IMG/VR virus record: IMGVR_UViG_2648501797_000006
Coordinates: 1 to 24,757 of that record
Strand: one strand, 5' to 3'
Origin: a virus
Lineage: Duplodnaviria; Heunggongvirae; Uroviricota; Caudoviricetes
DNA: 24,757 nucleotides
A model generated the notes under the pieces. That model ran no database searches and had not been told where the DNA came from. It saw nothing but the letters and a program-made list of their open reading frames with translations. Below are positions 9,262-17,625 of the stretch, one piece after another. The stretch's first letter is position 1. Every line of letters begins with the position of its first letter. The translations under genes and the position numbers were made by a program.

Positions 9262-10314
9262 TTATTTCCCCACCAGTTCACTTACCTCTTTCACCGTCTG
9301 ATTAAACCGCTCTGACTCAAGTTCAACACCTAACGCCCGACGCCCCAGCGCCATTGCTGCTTTTATTGTGGAACCGGATCCCATAAAGAAATCAGCAACC
9401 AGATCACCAGGTCGACTACTGGCATTGATTATTTGCCGGAGCATATCCGCCGGTTTCTCGCACGGATGTTTACCCGGGTAGAACTGAACGGGCTTATGCG
9501 TCCAGACATCGGTATAAGGCACAGAGACTGATACGGAGAAATAGCGCCGGAGAGATTTAAACTCATCCAGCAATTCAGAATATTTGCGATTCAGTGAATC
9601 ATAAGATGCCACCAGCTGGTGGTGTGGTTGTTCCAGTTGTTGTTCCTGAAACTTCTCTGCCGCTATACGGGAAAACAGTGCCTGTAACTTCCGATAGTCA
9701 GCCTCATTCGGCAACTGCCACTGACTGGCACCAAACCAGTGGGAAACCATATTTTTCTTATCTGTGGCTTCGGCAATTTGTTTTGCCGTTATACCCAGTT
9801 CGGCACGAGCATCCCTGAAATACGATATCAGCGGTGCCATTATGTGCTGTTTGAGTTCCCTTTCTTTTGCCGCATAGTCGTCACTTTTGCCGCGATATGG
9901 CCCCTGGTAATGTTCAGCAAACAGAACGCGCTCTGTGGCAGGAAAATATGCGCGCAGACTTTCTTTATTACACCCATTCCAACGTCCGGACGGCTTCGCC
10001 CAGATGATATGGTTAAGCACGTTGAAACGTTCACGCATCATGATCTCAATATCAGATGCCAGGCGATGCCCACAGAACAGGTAAAGGCTTCCGGCAGGTT
10101 TTAACACCCGCCAGAACTGGGCCAGACAGTGGTCCAGCCACTTAAGGTAATCTTCGTCCCCTTTCCACTGATTGTCCCAACCGTTAGGTTTCACTTTGAA
10201 GTAAGGCGGATCGGTAACAATCAGGTCAATGGAATCATCAGGCAGGGACTGAATAAAATGCAGGCAATCAGCGTTGATTAAATCAACACTGTTTATTTTT
10301 ACAGTATTTTTCAT
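9262..10314 (-). CDS. Orphan DNA methyltransferase (DPPY motif, beta-class N6-adenine or N4-cytosine)
   Basis: IVTDPPYF near the N-terminus and SAM-binding FFMGSGST near the C-terminus (motif IV before motif I). No partner endonuclease recognised nearby. Confidence 0.85.
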   Translation of the reverse strand: MKNTVKINSVDLINADCLHFIQSLPDDSIDLIVTDPPYFKVKPNGWDNQWKGDEDYLKWLDHCLAQFWRVLKPAGSLYLFCGHRLASDIEIMMRERFNVLNHIIWAKPSGRWNGCNKESLRAYFPATERVLFAEHYQGPYRGKSDDYAAKERELKQHIMAPLISYFRDARAELGITAKQIAEATDKKNMVSHWFGASQWQLPNEADYRKLQALFSRIAAEKFQEQQLEQPHHQLVASYDSLNRKYSELLDEFKSLRRYFSVSVSVPYTDVWTHKPVQFYPGKHPCEKPADMLRQIINASSRPGDLVADFFMGSGSTIKAAMALGRRALGVELESERFNQTVKEVSELVGK

Positions 10315-10464
10315 GGATCAGTAAGCGTAACTCTGGTAGGCTCACTCTGCTTTTGCGCTAAAGCAGTGGGCCGTGGTTCGCTTGTGACCAGTAAGCATGA
10401 GCGAATGGCTGGCAGGTGCTACCAACACCCACCAGCCGCCCATTTTCACAGCAGGAAACCGCCA

Positions 10465-10668
10465 TTACTGGCAGCGTCTGAATTTATTCCCGTACCCGCC
10501 GTTATCCTTCGCCAGACCCGCCAGAACTAACTGAGTCAGTATTAACTGGCACCGGGCTTCGCTTACTCCGGTAGTTCTCGTCATCATGCGTGGCGTTACC
10601 CACTTGTCAGCAGGTAAGAAATGAAGGACTGCGGCGGCGGTTTCTGTCATATCTTGCTGTTTTAGCAT
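10465..10668 (-). CDS. Possible small helix-turn-helix protein (67 aa); speculative
   Basis: Internal ATG at complement 10666..10668 preceded by AGGGA; RMMTRTTGVSEARCQLILTQLVLAGL resembles a winged-helix recognition region. No family recalled. Confidence 0.25.
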   Translation of the reverse strand: MLKQQDMTETAAAVLHFLPADKWVTPRMMTRTTGVSEARCQLILTQLVLAGLAKDNGGYGNKFRRCQ

Positions 10669-10790
10669 GTCTTTTTCCCTTCTGGTTAACATGACATACC
10701 AATAACTCTTGTCTAAAAAGCCAGCAAGATAAAAAGTCAGTATTCACGACCACCAGCGTGTTTACTGTGCTGCACCAAGTTTACAGGTAC

Positions 10791-10822
10791 AAAAAAACCG
10801 CTCAGCGGCGGGTTTAAGTTGT
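10791..10822 (-). terminator. Weak candidate bidirectional terminator
   Basis: aaaaaaaCCGCtcaGCGGcgggttt: short GC stem flanked by an A-run on one side and a T-run on the other (seven Ts on the minus strand). Confidence 0.3.
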
Positions 10823-10987
10823 GTGGCGAAGTAACCACTCTTAACACAGTAATCTAGAAAATGCGGACCGCGTTAGTGATTTTTATCTGTTTTTCCATTA
10901 TTTTTTTGCCACACAGCTTAAAACGAAAAATAAAGCAGGCGTTGCCAAACCTCACGGTGACAGTTGGCTTAGAATGAGGACATATTT

Positions 10988-12007
10988 TTGGATAAGTTTG
11001 ATGAGATTCATGTAGATATTGAATCTGAGCAGCAAGCCTTCGATTTGCTTGAAAGCTATCTTGATGGTTATGGTTTACCTGACAGTTTAAGTTTCAACGG
11101 ATGGCCAAACCTTACCATCAGATTAACCGGTGAAAAATTCAACAGATCGCTAACACCTTCAGTTATGAAGGGATTTGTTGAAATGCAAGCTCAAATCAAC
11201 AAATCATATGCCCTTGCCAAGTACGGTGTCCCTGACGTCCGCAAACTGACCAAAGAAGAACTTGATGCCCTAGAAATAGAAGTTACGGTAGAACAGGGTT
11301 CTTCAATAGTAGAAATCAACATTGATGGCTTTTTAACCAAACTCACACAGGAACTTGTTGGTAAAATGAACGCAACTGAGATCATGTTTACTGTTCTCGG
11401 CGCAGCAGTCATCTGGGGCGGAGTAACAGTATTTAAACGGTTCTTGGACAACCGTAAAGATATTCGCCTTGCAGAAATTGCTAAGGATGGAGAGAAAGAA
11501 CATCTCCGGACTATGCAGATCATGAGCGAGCAAGAAACTAAACGCCTGCGGGTTATTTCAGAAATGATTGCGGAAAAACCACTTCTCGATAACATGGACC
11601 GTATGTCGTATGACGCTAAAACCCAAATGGTCAAATCCTTTGTGCGTTCAGATAACGCTCAAATTGATGGCGTTACTATTGATTCTGAAATGGCGAAAGA
11701 GTTGGTTACGAATGCTCGTAGACGTTCATCAGAAATGAGGATTGATGGTATTTACCGAATTGAAGAAGTCAATAATACTGACCCAGAGAGTTTCAAAGTT
11801 AAGGTCCGACGCGTAGATACCGACCAACGTCTAACCTGCGTAGTTCAGGATGTTTTCCTTGATGAATCCGGAAACAAAGAAGCATTGCAGCGAGCTGAGT
11901 GGGAAAGAAAGCCTGTACATTTGAGCATTAACGCAAAACACGTCGATGGTGACATTAAGTCAGCAGTAATTCTCTATGTTCGAGATGTGGAACAAAAGCC
12001 CGAGTAA
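10988..12007 (+). CDS. Hypothetical membrane-anchored protein, 339 aa, no family recognised (candidate moron)
   Basis: Only start is TTG at 10988, with GAGGA 7 nt upstream; no in-frame ATG for about 60 codons although the N-terminus reads protein-like. One central hydrophobic segment (IMFTVLGAAVIWGGVTVF) in a charged, helix-rich sequence. Visibly AT-rich versus flanks (not computed). Converges on Q, stops 14 bp apart. Confidence 0.6.
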   Translation: MDKFDEIHVDIESEQQAFDLLESYLDGYGLPDSLSFNGWPNLTIRLTGEKFNRSLTPSVMKGFVEMQAQINKSYALAKYGVPDVRKLTKEELDALEIEVTVEQGSSIVEINIDGFLTKLTQELVGKMNATEIMFTVLGAAVIWGGVTVFKRFLDNRKDIRLAEIAKDGEKEHLRTMQIMSEQETKRLRVISEMIAEKPLLDNMDRMSYDAKTQMVKSFVRSDNAQIDGVTIDSEMAKELVTNARRRSSEMRIDGIYRIEEVNNTDPESFKVKVRRVDTDQRLTCVVQDVFLDESGNKEALQRAEWERKPVHLSINAKHVDGDIKSAVILYVRDVEQKPE

Positions 12008-12021
12008 TCGGGCTTCAATAA

Positions 12022-12414
12022 TCAATCTTTAATTTCGGGGTCCATCTCTAGACTAATTTCCAGCATCGATAGGCAGCCATCAATAAACCCCTCAGCCATC
12101 TGTATCTCAATGCGTATTAGTTTCTCATCCTTTTTACGAGCCTTGGCGAGCTTTCTTTTAGAGATACCGTATAGGTAATGGGCAACAAGAAGCGAATGTT
12201 CGTCCGGCCTTTTTTGCCTTAGACGAGCAAGACAACCTTCAATAATTAATGCATCACTATCTGAACATGCCTGACGTGTTTTGCTTGTATAGGGAAGAAG
12301 CCCTTTAAACCCAGCAGCTATAGGAGAATAGTCTACTCCTGAACTATCACTCGCCGCCCATGCTCCCCAACGATCCAGAACCATTTGAATATCACGCATC
12401 AACTTTCTCCACAA
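12022..12414 (-). CDS. Late-gene antiterminator Q (phage 82/21-type Q family)
   Basis: MRDIQMVLDRWGAWAA...IAAGFKGLL... matches the Q antiterminator family as recalled; true start may be the MRDIQ methionine 5 codons in. Confidence 0.8.
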   Translation of the reverse strand: MWRKLMRDIQMVLDRWGAWAASDSSGVDYSPIAAGFKGLLPYTSKTRQACSDSDALIIEGCLARLRQKRPDEHSLLVAHYLYGISKRKLAKARKKDEKLIRIEIQMAEGFIDGCLSMLEISLEMDPEIKD

Positions 12415-12416
12415 AA

Positions 12417-13412
12417 TCAGGCCAGCACGCCAATTGCCAGCGCACGATCGATAAAACGAAATATCAGCTCCAACTGAGAGCCATACTTTTCTTCAAATAC
12501 CACGGTATCCGCATGCAGCTCGTCGTGATGCTTTCTGCACAAAGGCAACACAAAAAGGTCATGCGCTTTTGTTCCCATTCCACCCTGACCGTAACCTATC
12601 AGGTGGTGGGGATCATCAGCGGGCTTTCCACAACATGCACACGGCTGTGTCTTAACCCAGCGCGTGTACTTTTCATTAACCCAGCGGCGACGTTTTGGGC
12701 GTAACATAAAAGACTCCGGCGACTCCGGATCCACTTTCAGCGCCAGCACCTTTTTCGCCTTATCCTGGATGATGCTGGTGGCAGGAACCGAAGGCACAAG
12801 GTCACTTTCCCGGGTGACAGACGGCACAACAGGCTTCGGTAATCTCAGTGCCTTACGGGCTGCACTTTCCGGTAAGGCATCCGCCAGGTCATTACGAATC
12901 AGCCACCAGCACAGTTCCGGCATTGTCACAACGTGACTGTCATCAAAACCGAGATCCCGACGCACAACAGACAACACCCAGCGGGCACAGTTATCCGTTG
13001 CCATTGATTCCAGCCGTTCCGTGAACTGATCGCGCAGCTGGTTATCGCAGTGCCAGCACAGACGGATTGCACCCGGAGCGTGTCGCATTGTGGTCATGTT
13101 CTCGCTGTGCCAGTCGGAATGAGGCCACTGGCAGCCTTTTTCACGAAGTAACCAGCTTTCAAGACATTCCACGCCACCAGCACGACGGATCACTGCCTCA
13201 TTGCGGAACACGGCCCGAACGGTAGGATCATCCGCCAGCGGTTGTGATGCCGCCGGAACGGCACCACTGGCGAAAGATGAATAACGTTCCGGCTCAGGCT
13301 CCAGCAGGACACGCCCCTGCATAAACAGGGGCATCAGCTCTGAACCTGGTCTGAACAATACGATCCCCATACGCGGGGCAATTTCAGGGGTCAGTAGTGC
13401 TCTCACGGTCAC
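12417..13412 (-). CDS. HNH-motif protein of the nin region (DUF968-like)
   Basis: C-terminal CACCGKPADDPHHLIGYGQGGMGTKAHDLFVLPLCRKHHDELH motif; GTG start abutting the upstream gene. Family name from memory only. Confidence 0.55.
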   Translation of the reverse strand: MTVRALLTPEIAPRMGIVLFRPGSELMPLFMQGRVLLEPEPERYSSFASGAVPAASQPLADDPTVRAVFRNEAVIRRAGGVECLESWLLREKGCQWPHSDWHSENMTTMRHAPGAIRLCWHCDNQLRDQFTERLESMATDNCARWVLSVVRRDLGFDDSHVVTMPELCWWLIRNDLADALPESAARKALRLPKPVVPSVTRESDLVPSVPATSIIQDKAKKVLALKVDPESPESFMLRPKRRRWVNEKYTRWVKTQPCACCGKPADDPHHLIGYGQGGMGTKAHDLFVLPLCRKHHDELHADTVVFEEKYGSQLELIFRFIDRALAIGVLA

Positions 13413-13413
13413 C

Positions 13414-14223
13414 TCAATGTACGGTATCGAGCAGCTTTAACAGCTCAGGGAATCGGGATTCGAAGAAATGCGGCTGCGTCTCGCGCGGATTTGCGGGACT
13501 GGTGATGTTCTTGCCGAACATGCAGCCTTTCGCTGTCAGTGACCAGAATTTTTTGATGTTGTTAATCGCGGTACGGCTGTATCGTTCGCGCTGCTCGACG
13601 ATCCCCAGCTTCACCATCTGGTGATATGCCTGATTAGCTGTCAGGCGGATACCATACTGCTTCAGCAATGCACTCAGTGACAGCGTGGGGCGGCTTGAGC
13701 CATCAGGCGCGTCAGCAGGAGCATCAATGGCATAGCGCGGTGCCAGATTCGGTAAGCCAACAGCCTCCTGGAGTTTCTGACAGGCCCCAAGCACTGAAGA
13801 GTTAGACAGGTTTAACTCCCTGCGCATAAAGTCCAGCAGAATCACTCCAGCCTGCATCTTGTCAGCAGCCTGCCCGGATAATTTTTCCGGTGCGCTGGTT
13901 ACCATATCGAAAGTACGGATCACCTTCAGATGGAATGACGGGCTGATCCACATTGCATAGGCATACACCAGTTCCTTGCAGACATAAGTTCCCCGTTCAT
14001 TTCCCCCATGAATCACACTCACCGGGTCAACACCCAAATTCTGGGTGTTGGTCAATTCATGAACAAGTTCAACAGTTTGTTGGCTGGAAAGAAACTTTCC
14101 TGGCTCCTTGGTTCTGGCATTTGCACCAGATGCTACTGCTGCGCGATGCAGATCGTTCAGGCTGTAACGCCCATAAGCATCACGACGAACTTCAATACCA
14201 TCAATGACCATCAGATTATTCAT
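13414..14223 (-). CDS. KilA-N domain antirepressor-like protein (Ant family)
   Basis: N-terminal MNNLMVIDGIEVRRDAYGRYSLNDLHRAA...KEPGKFL has KilA-N character; ATG at complement 14221..14223 follows AAGGAG. Confidence 0.7.
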   Translation of the reverse strand: MNNLMVIDGIEVRRDAYGRYSLNDLHRAAVASGANARTKEPGKFLSSQQTVELVHELTNTQNLGVDPVSVIHGGNERGTYVCKELVYAYAMWISPSFHLKVIRTFDMVTSAPEKLSGQAADKMQAGVILLDFMRRELNLSNSSVLGACQKLQEAVGLPNLAPRYAIDAPADAPDGSSRPTLSLSALLKQYGIRLTANQAYHQMVKLGIVEQRERYSRTAINNIKKFWSLTAKGCMFGKNITSPANPRETQPHFFESRFPELLKLLDTVH

Positions 14224-14242
14224 ACTTCGTTTCTCCTTTTGC

Positions 14243-14633
14243 TCAGGCGGCTGCACCCGCCGTTTTCTCGTACTTACTGATAGTGATCTCGACCTTCCCT
14301 TCCGGGATAACCGGTCCCCACTCCACCAGCATTCTTTTCACCTGACTGTCGTCTTCCCACACACCCGCGTGGGTCAGGGCGTCAAACAGCGCCTTGTTAT
14401 AGTTGTCCAGATCGCGGCTCCGGTTATCCGGAAGGAAACAACACGATCTCCACTGAAGCAGGTGCCGACGTTGGTTTCGGCAGACGACGTAACTGCTCAA
14501 CTATTGCTGCGCACGCCGCGCTCTGGAATTTTCGCCCCGCCGCGCTTATCAGGCTCTTACCAGCAAACGCCCCTTTGTTGGGGTGTCGCCAGTACGTGTT
14601 CACGCTGGGCGGGAAAGGCAGGATCAGCTTCAT
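14243..14633 (-). pseudogene. rusA: rusA Holliday-junction resolvase split by a 1-nt frameshift
   Basis: ORF 14424..14633 (MKLILPFPPSVNTYWRHPNKG...VEIVLFPSG-stop) is the RusA N-terminus; ORF 14243..14500 (+1 frame) carries ...FLPDNRSRDLDNYNKALFDALTHAGVWEDDSQV..., the RusA catalytic C-terminus. Shift maps to the TGTTGTTT run near 14431..14445. Confidence 0.75.
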
Positions 14634-14956
14634 ACTTTCAGGCCTCTCTCATGTAACCAGTGAGTTGCACGCAGCCTTGCGTTTTCCTCACCGGCAAGCA
14701 GTGAGCGGATAATCCCGACCGCCTCGCTGTCGTCGTCCTTCACCGCGGTATGAAGCGTGATCCCCCGGGCCACACCACGCTTTATCGTGATGACGCCTTT
14801 TTTCTCCAGTGCGCGAAGATGCTCCACCGCTGCATTCACTGAACGGTATCCCAGCATGGTTGCCACCTCCTGATTGGTTGGCGGAAAGCCACGTTCTTGC
14901 TGGTAAGAAATCAGCATATCCAGCACCTGCTGCTGACACTGAGTTAACGTCGTCAT
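14630..14956 (-). CDS. LexA N-terminal DNA-binding-domain protein (108 aa, no peptidase domain)
   Basis: MTTLTQCQQQVLDMLISYQQERGFPPTNQEVATMLGYRSVNAAVEHLRALEKKGVITIKRGVARGITL parallels the LexA winged-helix domain; the S24 domain is absent. Start overlaps the upstream stop as TAATG. Confidence 0.7.
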   Translation of the reverse strand: MTTLTQCQQQVLDMLISYQQERGFPPTNQEVATMLGYRSVNAAVEHLRALEKKGVITIKRGVARGITLHTAVKDDDSEAVGIIRSLLAGEENARLRATHWLHERGLKV

Positions 14957-15450
14957 TAAGCCCCCACGTAATTCCCTGACAGATACCATTCATCACCCGA
15001 TACAGCGCGCTTGCTGCTTTTCCGTAAGCACCGCTCTCGACGCGCCAGAAAGTTGTTTCGTTCTGGCTGGGAGTGACTTTCACGGAATGCCGCCATCCAC
15101 ACCGTTGCAGCACGACGGTATAAGCCCCTGGACTCCAGCTCTTCAGCCTGGCGGGTCAGGCACAAAATCACCCGGGGATCGTTAGTGCCGACATAGAAAT
15201 TGCGCACAGGTCTGGTTTCACGAACAGGTTGTGGTTCCGGCTCCTGCGCTCTCTCAGTCAGGCGCGGGAAATGTCTGCGTGTATCTCCTTCACAACGGTG
15301 AGCCACATGCCCACTCTGACGTAACTTGCTTGCTGACTGCAGAACGCGCTGCCGTGAGTAACCTGCAAAAGCATCCGCAATGTCTCCGGAAGTACAGCCC
15401 GGATGGGCTTCAATGAATTTCTGAACGTCATTCAAAAGACTCATGATCAC
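14956..15450 (-). CDS. Putative PerC-like transcriptional regulator
   Basis: C-terminal LESRGLYRRAATVWMAAFRES...RRERCL resembles the PerC/Pch signature as recalled; N-terminal half unassigned. Confidence 0.45.
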   Translation of the reverse strand: MIMSLLNDVQKFIEAHPGCTSGDIADAFAGYSRQRVLQSASKLRQSGHVAHRCEGDTRRHFPRLTERAQEPEPQPVRETRPVRNFYVGTNDPRVILCLTRQAEELESRGLYRRAATVWMAAFRESHSQPERNNFLARRERCLRKSSKRAVSGDEWYLSGNYVGA

Positions 15451-16388
15451 CCCCTGAATCCTGCCGGGATCTGGCTGTAGTCCACGTTGTCGTAACTGGC
15501 TTTGAAGTACGGGTCTTCACGTTTTTCTGTGTGCGTGCTGACGGACGGCGATAAGCGCAGGGAAAGCTCATCCCATTTTTCCCGCAACTTCGACGGGCTG
15601 AGCACGTTACGGCACCAGAACGGATCGCGGCTGACGCGGCTGTACATCTCGCAGATTTGTTTGTGAGTACGACCATCCTGCACACACATCAGGCGAATTT
15701 CGTTTGCCCATGCTGTCCAGTTCGGTTCTTTGGGACGAACCACCTCGCCGTCACATTCGGCGGCCTGCTCGTACAGGGCAATGATTTTTTTCCAGAGCCA
15801 CTGTGCGCAGGTCAAATCATCCTGCGTTCCCCACTGGCGCTTTTTAGGGCTGAATACAACCGCATCAGGATGGCGAGTTAAAAAATCCTGTTCAGCCGTC
15901 TGCGTGTCCGGTTGCGAAGCGTCCGGACGAGAAGGTTTTTTATCTGACGGATCATGTTTTGATTTTACTGACGGATCCCCGCCAGATTCTGACGGGTGAA
16001 AACCCGCTTTTTTGCCAGATTTCGACGCATCAAATTTTGACGTGTCAGATTTTGATGCGTCAGATTTTGACGGGTCAGAATCTGACAGTTGAGAAAATGC
16101 CGCTGCCTGAAGCTTCGCAACGTTAAGCTGATAAACATTCGACGCATTGCGGTTACCCTGGCGACGCGCCTTACGCGTTAACCAGCCTTCTGCTTCCAGC
16201 CGTGCGATAGCCGTTCTGACGGTACTCATCCCCGCGCCAATCTGACGGGCAATAGTTTCAATTGATGGCCAGCACACACCTTCGTCATTACTGAAATCAG
16301 CCAGGCGGGCCATAATTGCCACGCTGGATAATTTCATGCCTGACGCAGCGCAACCATCCCATACATAGCCGGTTAATTTAGTGCTCAT
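15447..16388 (-). CDS. Replication initiator (O-like function) with an N-terminal HTH domain
   Basis: N-terminus ...CWPSIETIARQIGAGMSTVRTAIARLEAEGWLTRK is a winged-helix replication-protein domain; the central low-complexity SDSDPSKSDASKSDTSKFDASKSG is encoded by tandem DNA repeats. Confidence 0.7.
   Translation of the reverse strand: MSTKLTGYVWDGCAASGMKLSSVAIMARLADFSNDEGVCWPSIETIARQIGAGMSTVRTAIARLEAEGWLTRKARRQGNRNASNVYQLNVAKLQAAAFSQLSDSDPSKSDASKSDTSKFDASKSGKKAGFHPSESGGDPSVKSKHDPSDKKPSRPDASQPDTQTAEQDFLTRHPDAVVFSPKKRQWGTQDDLTCAQWLWKKIIALYEQAAECDGEVVRPKEPNWTAWANEIRLMCVQDGRTHKQICEMYSRVSRDPFWCRNVLSPSKLREKWDELSLRLSPSVSTHTEKREDPYFKASYDNVDYSQIPAGFRG
15940..16095. repeat. Tandem iteron-like repeats (about 8 copies, ~15 bp period) inside the replication gene: probable ori
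   Basis: Repeated (C/T)CAGA(T/A)TTTGACG units, for example tcagattttgatgcg, tcagattttgacggg, tcagaatctgacagt, ccagattctgacggg. Boundaries approximate (within a few nt). Confidence 0.6.
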
Positions 16389-16736
16389 GACCGACCTCTA
16401 TTTCCCTGAATTTACGACGAAACTGTTCGAGCGGGCTGAAGCACTCATGCTCATAGCCTTCACGGAGGTAGATAACCCGTTGTGTTTCCGGCTCCCAACG
16501 AATGACTCTGACGGGCACTCCGTAGTGATCTTTGAACCAGCGGTTAACTTGTCGCAAAGGACTGTCTCCTTCTGCCGGTTGAAATCCCCCACAGCCCACT
16601 CAGCAAAGCTGTGGGTTACAATTTCCCTGTCACCTGGTACATTTACTGCATAGCAATACTCCACCTTCGCTTTTCCACCCGGTACAGGAAGCGCAATCAG
16701 TTGCGAGCGACGGTAGTGTGTTGTTAAACTGTTCAT
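16378..16736 (-). CDS. Hypothetical small protein, possibly split by a +1 frameshift at a G5/C5 tract
   Basis: ORF 16398..16736 has a protein-like N-terminus then a Ser-rich tail; ORF 16378..16599 (+1 frame, GTG start) has a protein-like C-terminus ([37 protein letters not shown]...). Frames cross at ccccc, 16586..16590. Confidence 0.35.
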
Positions 16737-17347
16737 GCGTTAGTTTCTCCACAACCAGAAGCAATCGACGCCACGACGCCCGGAGCTGCACACTCGCGGG
16801 CGTCATTACTTTCTGAAACGCAAAAAATTTTGTAGACAAGTGCTGCATGCTCCTGCAGCTTCGAAATTGAGAGGTACAGCTCGTCGTTAATTGCTGTCTT
16901 CTCATGCGGTTCCACTACACCGTCTTCGATTGCCGAACGAATCTGTCTGGAATAACTGCCAATCTGTTCAATGACTTCCAGCAGGCGCTGGTTAATATCG
17001 GCGTTGTCCACATCCTCGACGTCAGGAAGAGACACAAAGACGCCATTTGCAGACTGCGCCACAGCGTCAGCAATGAAGTGAGTTCCACCAGCACGTTGCA
17101 AAATCATTGCCCATCCCAGCGGGAAAATCTGATCGCCATCGGCACGAAGGCGGTTAAATAATGCGTTTTCTGTTACATCCAGCCAGTCAGCTGCTTCAGC
17201 GTAACCACCCGGCAACGCTGCGATAGTTTTTCTGACAGCTTTCACGTACCACTCAGGCTGTTTTTCTACTTTCCAGTGATGCTTACCCACGGTTAGCCTC
17301 ATCGTTCTGTGGTTTCTGTTAATCGATTTATCCATTAGATTTTTCAT
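16733..17347 (-). CDS. CII-like regulatory protein (YdaT/CP76-like, 204 aa)
   Basis: Sits directly downstream of cro; start MKNLMDKS at complement 17345..17347 overlaps the cro 3' end. Family assignment from memory, not verified. Confidence 0.45.
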   Translation of the reverse strand: MKNLMDKSINRNHRTMRLTVGKHHWKVEKQPEWYVKAVRKTIAALPGGYAEAADWLDVTENALFNRLRADGDQIFPLGWAMILQRAGGTHFIADAVAQSANGVFVSLPDVEDVDNADINQRLLEVIEQIGSYSRQIRSAIEDGVVEPHEKTAINDELYLSISKLQEHAALVYKIFCVSESNDARECAAPGVVASIASGCGETNA

Positions 17348-17528
17348 AAAGCTCAGGTTTAAATGGCAACCGTCCGCAAGTTCTATATGCAGCTTCTGCT
17401 GCACGTCCTTTTGGAATTAACTGGCCCGGACGGTTTCGCCACTGATAAACGGCTTCAGTTGTTATGCCGAAAAAAGCAGCAACTTTCTCAATACTGCCGA
17501 AGTAGCTTTCGATATCGTCAGTTGTCAT
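17328..17528 (-). CDS. Cro-like HTH regulator (YdaS/DicC-like, 66 aa)
   Basis: Small HTH protein (...VAAFFGITTEAVYQWRNR...) divergent from the cI-like gene; GGAGGG 5 nt before the ATG. Confidence 0.65.
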   Translation of the reverse strand: MTTDDIESYFGSIEKVAAFFGITTEAVYQWRNRPGQLIPKGRAAEAAYRTCGRLPFKPELYEKSNG

Positions 17529-17625
17529 ACGCCCTCCAAACTAAGTTTTATTAGATGCTAATTACAAATCTATCTTTGGTCAATAAAAACTAAGATTACT
17601 TAGCAATTCAAGAAATGGTGCTCCT
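17529..17625. promoter_or_regulatory. Divergent immunity-region promoter/operator (OR-like)
   Basis: 97-bp gap between cro-like and cI-like genes with two AACTAAG motifs in near-palindromes: ctaagttttattag (17541..17554) and ctaagattacttag (17590..17603). Candidate leftward -35 TTGACC (complement 17579..17584) and -10 TAGCAT (complement 17555..17560). Confidence 0.55.

Noticed and set aside
9739-10104. 121-aa + strand ORF
   Set aside because: Antisense within the methyltransferase gene; no RBS and no protein-like features.
10330-10400. Possible tRNA upstream of the methyltransferase (ggttcgcttg resembles a T-arm)
   Set aside because: No canonical GTTCGAnTC T-loop, no acceptor-stem pairing and no anticodon arm found by eye.
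11191-11634. 147-aa minus-strand Ser-rich ORF
   Set aside because: Antisense within the 339-aa + strand ORF and low-complexity; the + strand frame has the better start signals.
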